This document shows positions 17,392 through 25,855 of a stretch of 34,475 bases of DNA, piece by piece (the stretch's first letter is position 1; each line of letters opens with the position of its first letter). This DNA comes from a virus. Taxonomy: Duplodnaviria > Caudoviricetes. The notes under the pieces are model-generated. The model ran no database searches and was not told the DNA's origin. It saw only the letters and a list, made by a program, of their open reading frames with translations. The translations under genes and the position numbers were made by a program. Location of the stretch: IMG/VR virus record IMGVR_UViG_3300032295_002411, positions 1 to 34,475 of that record; one strand, written 5' to 3'.

Positions 17392-18957
17392 ATGAGAATA
17401 AACAAAATCGTTATTGTTGGTGGTGGGAGTTCTGGTTGGATGACAGCTGCAGCATTATGCAAAAATCTTCCAGACTTGGATATAACTCTTATTGAATCTA
17501 AAGATGTTAAAACAATGGGGGTCGGTGAATCAACATTGGGACAATTCAATCATTACTTACATTTGATTGGATTGACTGATGATCAATGGATGAAAGAGTG
17601 TGATGCAACTTATAAAGTTTCAATCAAATTTACCGATTTCAGAGAAATTAATAGTGTTTTCCAATATCCATTTGGACATCATTCAGCAGACCGTATGCAA
17701 CGGGGTTTAGATAGTTGGCCAATTTTAAGACAAATAGACCCAGAATACCACTCATCAGATAAATTTGCCAAGTTTTATAATCCAATTTCATACTTATCAG
17801 AAAAAAATAAACTAACAAGAAATGAAGATAATAGTATTCCAAATTTTTTCTTTGATAAGGATACTGCATATCATTTAGATGCCATAAAATTTGGAATTTA
17901 CCTCAAAAATAATATTTGTTTACCTTCTGGAATGAATCATATTCTTGAAGATATTGTTGATGTTTTCCAAAAAGAAGATGGTGAAATTAATTATATTTTG
18001 ACCGAATCGGGTCAAAAATTAACTGCGGATTTGTTTATTGATTGCAGTGGATTTAAGTCTTTGTTGTTGGAAGAAAGAATGGGTTCAAAATTCATTTCCT
18101 TTGGCGATACTCTAATGAATGATAGAGCTCTTGCTACTAAAATTTCATATTCAGACCCAAATGAGGAAATGGAAAATACCACCAATTGCACTGCAATTGA
18201 AAATGGGTGGGTGTGGAATATTCCATTATGGAGTAGAATTGGTTCTGGATATGTGTATTCAAGTAAATTTGTTTCCAGAGATCAAGCTGAAGTTGAGTTT
18301 CGTAATCACTTAAAAAGAACAAAAAAGAATATTCCGGACGAGTTAGATCTGAAAGAAATTTTTATTCGTCATGGCAAAAGAGAAAAAGCCTGGGTAAAAA
18401 ATGTTTTAGGAATAGGACTTTCATATGGCTTTATTGAACCTTTAGAATCTACTGGACTACTAACCACGCATGATAATATTTTTAGATTAATTAAAACTTT
18501 AATTAGAAGAAATAGATTTGTATCTGGAATAGATAAATCAATGTTCAATACTTACTTAGATTATACCATGGATGGGGTGAGATCATTTATTGAAATTCAT
18601 TATGGGTTGTCGATGAGACATGATACGGATTATTGGAAACATGTTACTTCCATTGAATATCACAATGATTATGATATTCAACAACTTGAAGTTAATGTTT
18701 TTAGACAATCAAATTTTAATGGATTGCAGGGAGGTCTTCCTTATATTGCTGCTGGAATGGGATATCTACCAACATATAAAATTGGTAGAGGTTTGCCTGG
18801 ATCCGGTGAACTACCCTATGAAGAACTTGAGCAATTCAAAAATATCAATAGAGAATTTAAAATGTTCCATGATACTCTCTCATCGTATGTTGACGGATTA
18901 CCTACACATTACCAATTCTTAAAAGAAACGATTTATCAAGATTCATATGAAAAATGA
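17392..18957 (+). CDS. Flavin-dependent halogenase (tryptophan halogenase PrnA/VirX1 family)
   Basis: FAD-binding GGGSSG, GVGEST, catalytic-Lys region DATYKVSIKF, FIDCSGF, WVWNIP (WxWxIP) and FIEPLESTG. ATG 17392 with an upstream GGAG is preferred over TTG 17380. Confidence 0.92.
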   Translation: MRINKIVIVGGGSSGWMTAAALCKNLPDLDITLIESKDVKTMGVGESTLGQFNHYLHLIGLTDDQWMKECDATYKVSIKFTDFREINSVFQYPFGHHSADRMQRGLDSWPILRQIDPEYHSSDKFAKFYNPISYLSEKNKLTRNEDNSIPNFFFDKDTAYHLDAIKFGIYLKNNICLPSGMNHILEDIVDVFQKEDGEINYILTESGQKLTADLFIDCSGFKSLLLEERMGSKFISFGDTLMNDRALATKISYSDPNEEMENTTNCTAIENGWVWNIPLWSRIGSGYVYSSKFVSRDQAEVEFRNHLKRTKKNIPDELDLKEIFIRHGKREKAWVKNVLGIGLSYGFIEPLESTGLLTTHDNIFRLIKTLIRRNRFVSGIDKSMFNTYLDYTMDGVRSFIEIHYGLSMRHDTDYWKHVTSIEYHNDYDIQQLEVNVFRQSNFNGLQGGLPYIAAGMGYLPTYKIGRGLPGSGELPYEELEQFKNINREFKMFHDTLSSYVDGLPTHYQFLKETIYQDSYEK

Positions 18958-19636
18958 TTATTTAATCATACAATTTTTAGACGGAGAAAAACTTCAAGAA
19001 ATTAAAAAATTTCTCGATCTTTCCGTGGATACTGACTGGGAAAGTGGATTGAAAACTTATGCTGGAGATCCCCAAACTAAAAATAATCAAGAACTTGCAA
19101 ATTCTTTTATAAAAGAACGAATCATAAAAAATGTGTATGGTTCTATTGATACTAATAAAAAATTTGCAAATTTTTGTTTCCCCAAAAAAATAGACGATAC
19201 TTTAATTACCAGAACAAAAGAAGGTGGATATTATAACACTCATGTAGATATAGGATTCAATGGACACTTTAGTGTTACTATATTTCTTTCAGATCCATCT
19301 ACCTATGAAGGTGGAGAACTTTGCCTTTTCATGAACGATGAAGAAACTAAAGTAAAATTAGAATCTGGCTTTGGGATCGTATATCCAACTGGAATACCAC
19401 ATAGAGTCAATAAAGTGACTAAAGGATATCGAGATGTTTGCGTATTTTGGGTAAAATCGTTCATAAAAGATTCTTTTATAAGAGAAATATGTTATGAATT
19501 GAATGAATTAAATCTTGATGAAGAAACTTCAAATACTGTAAAAACAGATGAAGATTTTAAAAAGGTTATAAGTCAAGCGGGATTCAAAGTTAATGATATA
19601 TTTCATAGGTTAATACGAAGATACGCGGACATCTAA
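18947..19636 (+). CDS. PKHD-type (YbiX/PiuC-like) 2OG-Fe(II) hydroxylase
   Basis: Motifs KNNQEL, YYNTHVD, TIFLSDPSTYEGGEL, YPTGIPHRVNKVTKGYR, FWVKSFIKD. Confidence 0.85.
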   Translation: MKNDYLIIQFLDGEKLQEIKKFLDLSVDTDWESGLKTYAGDPQTKNNQELANSFIKERIIKNVYGSIDTNKKFANFCFPKKIDDTLITRTKEGGYYNTHVDIGFNGHFSVTIFLSDPSTYEGGELCLFMNDEETKVKLESGFGIVYPTGIPHRVNKVTKGYRDVCVFWVKSFIKDSFIREICYELNELNLDEETSNTVKTDEDFKKVISQAGFKVNDIFHRLIRRYADI

Positions 19637-19638
19637 AT

Positions 19639-19646
19639 TATAAATA
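19639..19646 (+). promoter_or_regulatory. T4-type late promoter TATAAATA for gp13
   Basis: Exact consensus 26 nt upstream of the gp13 ATG. Confidence 0.8.
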
Positions 19647-19672
19647 CCTCTAGGAAACTAGGGGTATTTTTT
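19642..19672 (+). terminator. Stem-loop overlapping the late promoter and gp13 RBS (terminator and/or RBS-sequestering hairpin)
   Basis: AAATACCTCTAG-GAAA-CTAGGGGTATTT gives a 12-bp stem with one G-U pair and a GNRA loop. A T6 run at 19667-19672 abuts the ATG. Confidence 0.65.
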
Positions 19673-20503
19673 ATGGCGCAACCATCTAGTAGAGCGGAGT
19701 TGAAAGATTACTGCCTCAAACAACTAGGAAAGCCCGTTTTAGAAATAAATGTAGATGACGATCAGATCGATAATTTAATTGATGATGCAATTCAATATTA
19801 TCATGAACGCCATTTTGATGGTATTGATCGTGTATTTTTAAAACACAAACTTACCCCTGCAACTAAAACAACATTAGCTCAACCAGGGCCAGTAGGTTCT
19901 GCATCTACTTCAGGTAGAGTTGTTGGAGCTGGATTGACTTCACTTACTTATGTTGAAGGAGTCAATTACTTGCCTCTTCCAGATAGTATTATTGGTGTAA
20001 ATAATATTCTTAAGATCAATTCCAGTACAATTTCAGACGGTCTTTTTAATATTAAATATCAGTTATTCTTAAATGATGTTTACTATTATGGTGCATTAGA
20101 TCTTCTTAATTATGCAATGGTCAAAAGGTATCTTGAAGATTTGGATTTTCTTTTGAATCCTCATGCACAAATCAGATTCAATAAGAAGAACCATAAATTA
20201 TATCTTGACATTGATTGGTCTCAGGTTGGTGAAAATGAATATGTAATCATCGATTGTTACAGAATTGTAGATCCTTCAGATGCACCAAAACTCTACAACG
20301 ATTGGTGGTTGAAGAAATATCTCACGGCTCTGATTAAGAAACAGTGGGGACAGAATATGATTAAATTCAATGGAGTCTTACTTCCAGGTGGAGTTCAATT
20401 GAATGGAAGACAGATATATGACGATGGTGTTGCGGAAGTAGAAAAATTGGAACAACAACTTAAGGATGAATACGAATTACCACCACTTGATCTCATAGGT
20501 TAA
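19673..20503 (+). CDS. gp13: Neck protein gp13
   Basis: Motifs LKDYCLKQLGKPVLEINVDDDQIDNLIDDAIQYY.ERHFDG and KKQWGQNMIKFNGVLLPGGVQLNG. Synteny fits. Confidence 0.95.
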   Translation: MAQPSSRAELKDYCLKQLGKPVLEINVDDDQIDNLIDDAIQYYHERHFDGIDRVFLKHKLTPATKTTLAQPGPVGSASTSGRVVGAGLTSLTYVEGVNYLPLPDSIIGVNNILKINSSTISDGLFNIKYQLFLNDVYYYGALDLLNYAMVKRYLEDLDFLLNPHAQIRFNKKNHKLYLDIDWSQVGENEYVIIDCYRIVDPSDAPKLYNDWWLKKYLTALIKKQWGQNMIKFNGVLLPGGVQLNGRQIYDDGVAEVEKLEQQLKDEYELPPLDLIG

Positions 20504-20504
20504 T

Positions 20505-21935
20505 ATGTCACCACTCAATTCTTATTTTCTTCAAGGATCTCCGAGTGAGCAGAGACTTATTCAAGATCTAATTAACGAACAACTCAAAATGTATGGACAA
20601 GATGTTCTATACATGCCTAGAAGAATCATTGGAGAAAATACGGTCATCAAAGAAGTTACTGCATCAAAATTTGATGATAGTTTTCGTATTGAAGCCTATT
20701 TAATGAACTTTGAGGGATTTAGTGGAAACGGAGATTTATTAAGTAAGTTTGGAGTTAGAAGTAATGATGAAATTAATCTTGTAATTTCTAAGGAGAGATA
20801 TGATGATTTCATCTCACCTTTACTAAAATTATGGCCAGAAGATGAGAGAAAAGTTGCATACAGACCTCAAGAAGGAGATCTAATTTGGTTCCCACTTGAT
20901 GAATCTTTATTTGAAATTAAGTATGTTGAGGGCAAAAAACCTTTCTATCAACTCAATAATCTATATGTTTATGAGTTGAGATGCGAAAGATTTGAATATG
21001 AAGATGAGATTATTGATGTTCCTGAAGTAGATCCTACCGGCATTGAAGTTAATGAGTCCATTAAGGATCTTGGAAATGTTTATACCATTCAAATGGTTGG
21101 AACAGGGGCGACTTCAGCCGTAGCAACTGTTGGATTTGCAACAACCAATCCAAATTCTAAGTCAGTTCAATATATTGATCTTCTTAACGATGGATTTGGA
21201 TACTCTTTTGCACCTACCGTTTCAATATCTACTGCTCCTTCAGGGGGATTAACAGCAACTGCAGTTGCAATCATGACCAGTAGGTCTGCAAATCAAAAGC
21301 TTGCGATTGATAGAATCCTCATTACAAATCCTGGATTTGGATATACTGAACCACCAGTAGTAACTATTTCTGGTGGTGGGGGAAGTGGTGGAATTGCTAC
21401 TGCGGTCATTAATACACGGGTTCTAGGAGTTATTGGTATTTCTTCTGGAGGAGTTGGATATACCACAAGTCCTCAAGTTACAATTCAAAGAACCTTTATT
21501 CCGACCAGTACAGGCATTTCGTCCAATATCAGAAATGCACAAGCCGAGGCGATTCTCAATTCTAATGGCGTAGTGGTTGCAATTCGTTATTCAAATGCTG
21601 GTGCTGGATATACATTTACTCCAACAATATCCTTCACAGATCCCACCGCAACTACATTCGGAGATTATGATTATAATGAAGTTGTTACTGGCTCTAGAAC
21701 AGGGACTACTGGGTATGTTAAGAGTTGGGACTATGTTAATAGAGTTCTCAAACTTTCTGTTGTTGATGGAACTTTTGCAAGAGGAGAAGCTATAGTTGGA
21801 GCTGCTGCAAGTTACAAGGTTTCAACTGTACAAACTAATGAATTCTTAGATGCTTATGCAGAAAATATTGAAATTGAATTGGCTGCAGATGGGATTCTCG
21901 ATTTCAGTCAAAAGAACCCATTTGGAGAATACTAA
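20505..21935 (+). CDS. gp14: Neck protein gp14 with Gly-rich repeat insertion
   Basis: Motifs EQRLIQDLINEQLKMYGQDVLYMPR, LSKFG, RPQEGDLIWFP, FEIKYVE...PFYQL and C-terminal DFSQKNPFG. Confidence 0.93.
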   Translation: MSPLNSYFLQGSPSEQRLIQDLINEQLKMYGQDVLYMPRRIIGENTVIKEVTASKFDDSFRIEAYLMNFEGFSGNGDLLSKFGVRSNDEINLVISKERYDDFISPLLKLWPEDERKVAYRPQEGDLIWFPLDESLFEIKYVEGKKPFYQLNNLYVYELRCERFEYEDEIIDVPEVDPTGIEVNESIKDLGNVYTIQMVGTGATSAVATVGFATTNPNSKSVQYIDLLNDGFGYSFAPTVSISTAPSGGLTATAVAIMTSRSANQKLAIDRILITNPGFGYTEPPVVTISGGGGSGGIATAVINTRVLGVIGISSGGVGYTTSPQVTIQRTFIPTSTGISSNIRNAQAEAILNSNGVVVAIRYSNAGAGYTFTPTISFTDPTATTFGDYDYNEVVTGSRTGTTGYVKSWDYVNRVLKLSVVDGTFARGEAIVGAAASYKVSTVQTNEFLDAYAENIEIELAADGILDFSQKNPFGEY

Positions 21936-21938
21936 ATA
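21931..21938 (+). promoter_or_regulatory. Late promoter variant ACTAAATA
   Basis: TAAATA core overlapping the gp14 stop, 24 nt before gp15. Confidence 0.5.
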
Positions 21939-21962
21939 ATTATTACTCCATAGCTACTTGTA

Positions 21963-23012
21963 ATGATCTCAAATTATTTTTATCACGAAATATTGAGAAA
22001 GACCATAGTGGCTTTCGGTACACTTTTTAATAATATTCAAATCAAGCATAAAGATAATGCGGGAGATGATTTTAGTATTATTACGGTTCCGATTGCTTAT
22101 GGTCCTGTTCAAAAATTCTTAGCTAGAATCGAACAGGTTCCAGATTTAAAGAAAAGAGTAGCAATTACTCTCCCCAGAATGTCTTTTGAAATGACTGGGA
22201 TTTCTTATGATTCTAGTAGAAAATCTTCTACTATGCAAACTTTTAAAGCTTTAGATCAAGCAAATAACGAACTGACTAAAGTTTTTATGCCCGTTCCATA
22301 TAATGTGAATTTTAGACTTTCAATAATGTCTAAACTAAATGAAGATGCTTTACAAGTTGTAGAACAAATACTACCATATTTTCAACCACATTTCAATTTA
22401 ACTGTAGATTTAATTTCTAGTATTGGAGAAAAAAGAGACATTCCGATGATCCTTGAAAGAATTGCAATGGATGATCAATATGAGGGAGATTTTACTACAA
22501 GAAGAGTTTTAGTGTATACACTGGATTTTGTTGCTAAAACTTATTTATTTGGTCCGGCCGGAACACCAAATGAGGCATTAATCAAACAAGTTCAAGTTGA
22601 TTATTACAGTAATACAAATAGAGTAAATGCTTCTAGACAATTAAGATATGTAGCGGAACCTAGAGCGTTACAAGATTATAATAATGATGAAATTACTCAG
22701 ATATCTGAAGATATTTCTGAAAATGCAACCGAATTTACAGTTGTTGATGGATCCGTGTTGTTAGAAAAATCATACATTATGATTGATTCCGAATCCATGT
22801 TTATTCGTAAGATTTCTGGAAATACTTTAACTGTAAATAGGGGTCAAGATAATACCTCTATTACATCACATTCATCCGGAACTGCACTCAATGCAATTGA
22901 TGATTCCGATGATGAACTAATTGACCTCGATGATGATTTCGGATTTAGCGAATCTCGTTATGAATTTGGGGATGGCAAAATTTATAGTACAACAAAAGGT
23001 GTTGATGTATGA
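21963..23012 (+). CDS. gp15: Tail sheath stabilizer/terminator gp15
   Basis: Motifs YFYHEILRKTIVAFGTLFNNI, VPIAYGP.QKFLAR, LPRMSFE, PVPYN, QVVEQILPYFQP. Confidence 0.95.
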   Translation: MISNYFYHEILRKTIVAFGTLFNNIQIKHKDNAGDDFSIITVPIAYGPVQKFLARIEQVPDLKKRVAITLPRMSFEMTGISYDSSRKSSTMQTFKALDQANNELTKVFMPVPYNVNFRLSIMSKLNEDALQVVEQILPYFQPHFNLTVDLISSIGEKRDIPMILERIAMDDQYEGDFTTRRVLVYTLDFVAKTYLFGPAGTPNEALIKQVQVDYYSNTNRVNASRQLRYVAEPRALQDYNNDEITQISEDISENATEFTVVDGSVLLEKSYIMIDSESMFIRKISGNTLTVNRGQDNTSITSHSSGTALNAIDDSDDELIDLDDDFGFSESRYEFGDGKIYSTTKGVDV

Positions 23013-23440
23013 ATTTTGAAGACATTGATAAAGCCTTAGATATTGAGACCACTCCAATTAAATCAGAGATTGTAAAATCAGAACCAGTTGCAGTTAACAA
23101 AGCGATTGATTCATCCGATCAACTTCAAAAAGATTATGAGTATTCTAGAGGTCAACTTTATTCAATTATTGAAAAGGGCCAAGAAGCAATTAATGGCATC
23201 TTAGAACTTGCACAAGAATCCGATTCTCCAAGAGCTTATGAGGTTGCTGGACAACTGATTAAAAATGTTGGAGATGTTACAGATAAACTTCTCGATCTCC
23301 AAAAGAAGATGAAAGATATTAATCAGGAACAAAAAGGATCTGCACCAACTAATGTTACTAACAATGCTGTATTTTTGGGATCTACTGCAGAACTTCAAAA
23401 GTTCTTGAAGAGTTCCATGAATCCAGATCTATCTAAATAA
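23009..23440 (+). CDS. gp16: Terminase small subunit gp16
   Basis: Motifs DYEYSRGQL, SPRAYEVAGQLIK, NNAVFLGSTAELQK. ATGA overlap with gp15. Confidence 0.93.
   Translation: MNFEDIDKALDIETTPIKSEIVKSEPVAVNKAIDSSDQLQKDYEYSRGQLYSIIEKGQEAINGILELAQESDSPRAYEVAGQLIKNVGDVTDKLLDLQKKMKDINQEQKGSAPTNVTNNAVFLGSTAELQKFLKSSMNPDLSK
23432..23439 (+). promoter_or_regulatory. Late promoter variant TCTAAATA
   Basis: TAAATA core at the gp16 end, followed by an AGGA RBS before 23464. Confidence 0.5.
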
Positions 23441-23463
23441 AAATAGGAAACTTATAGACATAA

Positions 23464-25659
23464 ATGGATAAACTCACCTTTAAAGAGTGGTCTATTCTCG
23501 CAGACCTAGAAACTATTTCACCTCTTGGAGAAGATTTTGAGTTCTCAATGGCTCGCGGAGAACTTAAAACTGCACAGGCTGCAATCACCAGATTGATGAC
23601 TAAACTTAAAGGTGAAGGTGATTTAGAAGCATGGGTACAATCAAAGATTACAAAAGCTGCGGAGTATCTTGATACTGTAGCTGATCATCTTTCTCATGGT
23701 GAAGATGATACTGAAAGAAAGAAAGAAGTTAAAGAAGGTTTCAAAGGTCATAAATCAGTAGAAGAAATCGCAAAAAAGCATAAAGTATCTCCATCAATCA
23801 TCCAAAAACAACTTGAGATGGGGATGAAGGTTGAGCATGAACATACTACAGATAATGATGAAGCAATGGATATTGCATTGCAACATTTAGATGAAATTCC
23901 AAATTACTACTCCAAACTTAAAAAGATGGAGAAAGTAAAAGAAGAATGGACAGAACTTCATGATGCAAATGGTAAAACTTTCGCACATGTTGTTGATATT
24001 ATTAAGGGTAGTGATTATAAATTCAAGAGTTTTACTCAACCAATTAATGAAGATGCGATTGAAGAACTTGAACGTGGACTTAAAAAACTAGACGATACTT
24101 CGTATGATTCTATTGACAAACTAATGCGTAATATTATGAAAGAACATGATATGACTGCAAAAGAACTTCATAATGCATTTGTCAAAAAACATGATAAAAC
24201 TCCAGATGAATGGATTAAAGGTTTGAATGAAAAATGTTGGGATGGATATAAACAAGTTGGAATGAAAAAGAAGGGAAAGAAAGTAGTTCCTAATTGTGTG
24301 AAGGAGGAATCTATTGATGAAAACAAGAGTGGTGATAGTTCTTTGCGTGACTGGTTTACTAAGAGTCGCGCTTCTGATGGCACCCCTGGTTGGGTTCAAC
24401 TGGGTGGTAAATACGCAGGAAAACCCTGTGCAAAACAAGAAGGACAAACAACAAAACCAAAGTGTGGTTCAAGTAAAATGAAAGCAGATCTCTCCGATAA
24501 GGAAGAGGAGAGTGCATTCCGTCGTAAGAACCAAGAAGATCCAAATCCCGATAGAAAGGGTAAGGCTAAGATGGTTGCGACTGAAGGTAGAGTTGCTTGG
24601 GATGACAAGAAAAATCCAAATCCTTCAGGGTATACTCCAAAGGAAAAGTCTGAGGCCAAGAGAAAACAACTAGGTGTGGATAACCCAGATACTCAATCAT
24701 TTGAGAAGGGTGGTCCTGGTGAGAAAGAATATGCTAGACACGGCAATCTTTCTGCGGCACAGAAGAAAATGGAAAAGAAGAGGGATCAACCCAAGGGTAA
24801 GAAACACGAATTTAAGAAGAATCCATTTTGGAAAAAAGATGCTGGTCAAGTAAGAAGAGAAATTATGGGAACAAATGTTCCTAAGAGTAAAGAGAGTTCT
24901 TATCCATCATCAGTAACAAAGTCAGATATTAGAAAAGAAGAATTTTTGGATGTTAGTGAAGAAAAAGATGCATGTTACTCAAAGGTAAAATCTCGTTATA
25001 AGGTTTGGCCATCTGCATATGCATCTGGTGCTTTAGTTAAGTGTCGTAAAGTTGGTGCAAAGAACTGGGGCAATAAGACTAAGAAGGAAGAATTTATCCC
25101 CGAGGAAATGGGAGTTAGATATTGTTCTAAGTGTCAAAAAAATGAAACCGCATCAGAATGTAAATATGGTGAAGGATATTGGAGAATGTTCTCATTACCT
25201 TCCTCATTATCTCCAGAACAACCTTACAGTATTGCAAAAGTACATCCAGCAAATGAAAATGTAAGTTTTGAAATTGGTTCTGGACATAGACAAGCACAAA
25301 AACAAGCTAAGATCCGAAATCTTGCAACTGGTAATACTAATCCTAACGAAAAGAATGCCGCACTTAAGAAGCTTTCCGGACCTTCTCTACCTCTTGCAGA
25401 CTCCGTAATTCAACCTGGACAATTAACAAACGAAGATTATCAAAGGATACAATCTACTGGTAATGTTTATACTATACTCTTCTCATGGAGAGGTAGACCA
25501 ATGATGAATCTTCAGCTCTTCTTCCCAAATATGAAGAGACCCTCAAAAGATGAAGTAAAATCGGAAATTGAGAAGTTTTATCCAGGTGCAGTTATACTGC
25601 AGTGGTATCCAAGTCCTACCGATCCATCCAAACCAATTGTAGTTATTCAAGGTAAATGA
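23464..25659 (+). CDS. Lys/Glu-rich modular protein; putative internal head polyprotein
   Basis: N-terminal KLTFKEW. Modules include a DUF5661-like segment (MGMKVEHEHT...IALQHLDEIPNYYSKL), CWDGYKQVG..KK...VPNCV, SLRDWF...WVQLGG...PC and KDACYSKVKSRYKVWPSAYASGALVKCRK, joined by Glu-ending linkers. Confidence 0.6.
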   Translation: MDKLTFKEWSILADLETISPLGEDFEFSMARGELKTAQAAITRLMTKLKGEGDLEAWVQSKITKAAEYLDTVADHLSHGEDDTERKKEVKEGFKGHKSVEEIAKKHKVSPSIIQKQLEMGMKVEHEHTTDNDEAMDIALQHLDEIPNYYSKLKKMEKVKEEWTELHDANGKTFAHVVDIIKGSDYKFKSFTQPINEDAIEELERGLKKLDDTSYDSIDKLMRNIMKEHDMTAKELHNAFVKKHDKTPDEWIKGLNEKCWDGYKQVGMKKKGKKVVPNCVKEESIDENKSGDSSLRDWFTKSRASDGTPGWVQLGGKYAGKPCAKQEGQTTKPKCGSSKMKADLSDKEEESAFRRKNQEDPNPDRKGKAKMVATEGRVAWDDKKNPNPSGYTPKEKSEAKRKQLGVDNPDTQSFEKGGPGEKEYARHGNLSAAQKKMEKKRDQPKGKKHEFKKNPFWKKDAGQVRREIMGTNVPKSKESSYPSSVTKSDIRKEEFLDVSEEKDACYSKVKSRYKVWPSAYASGALVKCRKVGAKNWGNKTKKEEFIPEEMGVRYCSKCQKNETASECKYGEGYWRMFSLPSSLSPEQPYSIAKVHPANENVSFEIGSGHRQAQKQAKIRNLATGNTNPNEKNAALKKLSGPSLPLADSVIQPGQLTNEDYQRIQSTGNVYTILFSWRGRPMMNLQLFFPNMKRPSKDEVKSEIEKFYPGAVILQWYPSPTDPSKPIVVIQGK

Positions 25660-25660
25660 A

Positions 25661-25831
25661 ATGAACCCTGATGAAATTAAACTTGAAGATATTAATAAAA
25701 TGTTGATTTATGAACAACAATCAAGGGTTATAGATAAATTAGATAGAGAAGAAGCAATAGAGTTTGCAAAAGCTTATTTTAAACTTTATCTCAAACAACA
25801 AGAGGTTGTATCAAGTTTAGCGAAATTATAA
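25661..25831 (+). CDS. 56-aa helical protein, NblA-like (phycobilisome degradation adaptor) candidate
   Basis: Translated by hand: MNPDEIKLEDINKMLIYEQQSRVIDKLDREEAIEFAKAYFKLYLKQQEVVSSLAKL*. It fills the gap exactly and is below the track's size cut-off. Size and two-helix hydrophobic pattern resemble NblA. Confidence 0.55.
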   Translation: MNPDEIKLEDINKMLIYEQQSRVIDKLDREEAIEFAKAYFKLYLKQQEVVSSLAKL

Positions 25832-25834
25832 ATA
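25827..25834 (+). promoter_or_regulatory. T4-type late promoter TATAAATA
   Basis: Exact consensus overlapping the small-ORF stop, upstream of the HNH gene and gp17. Confidence 0.75.
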
Positions 25835-25855
25835 TCTTTAGATTGGGATTAAAAT

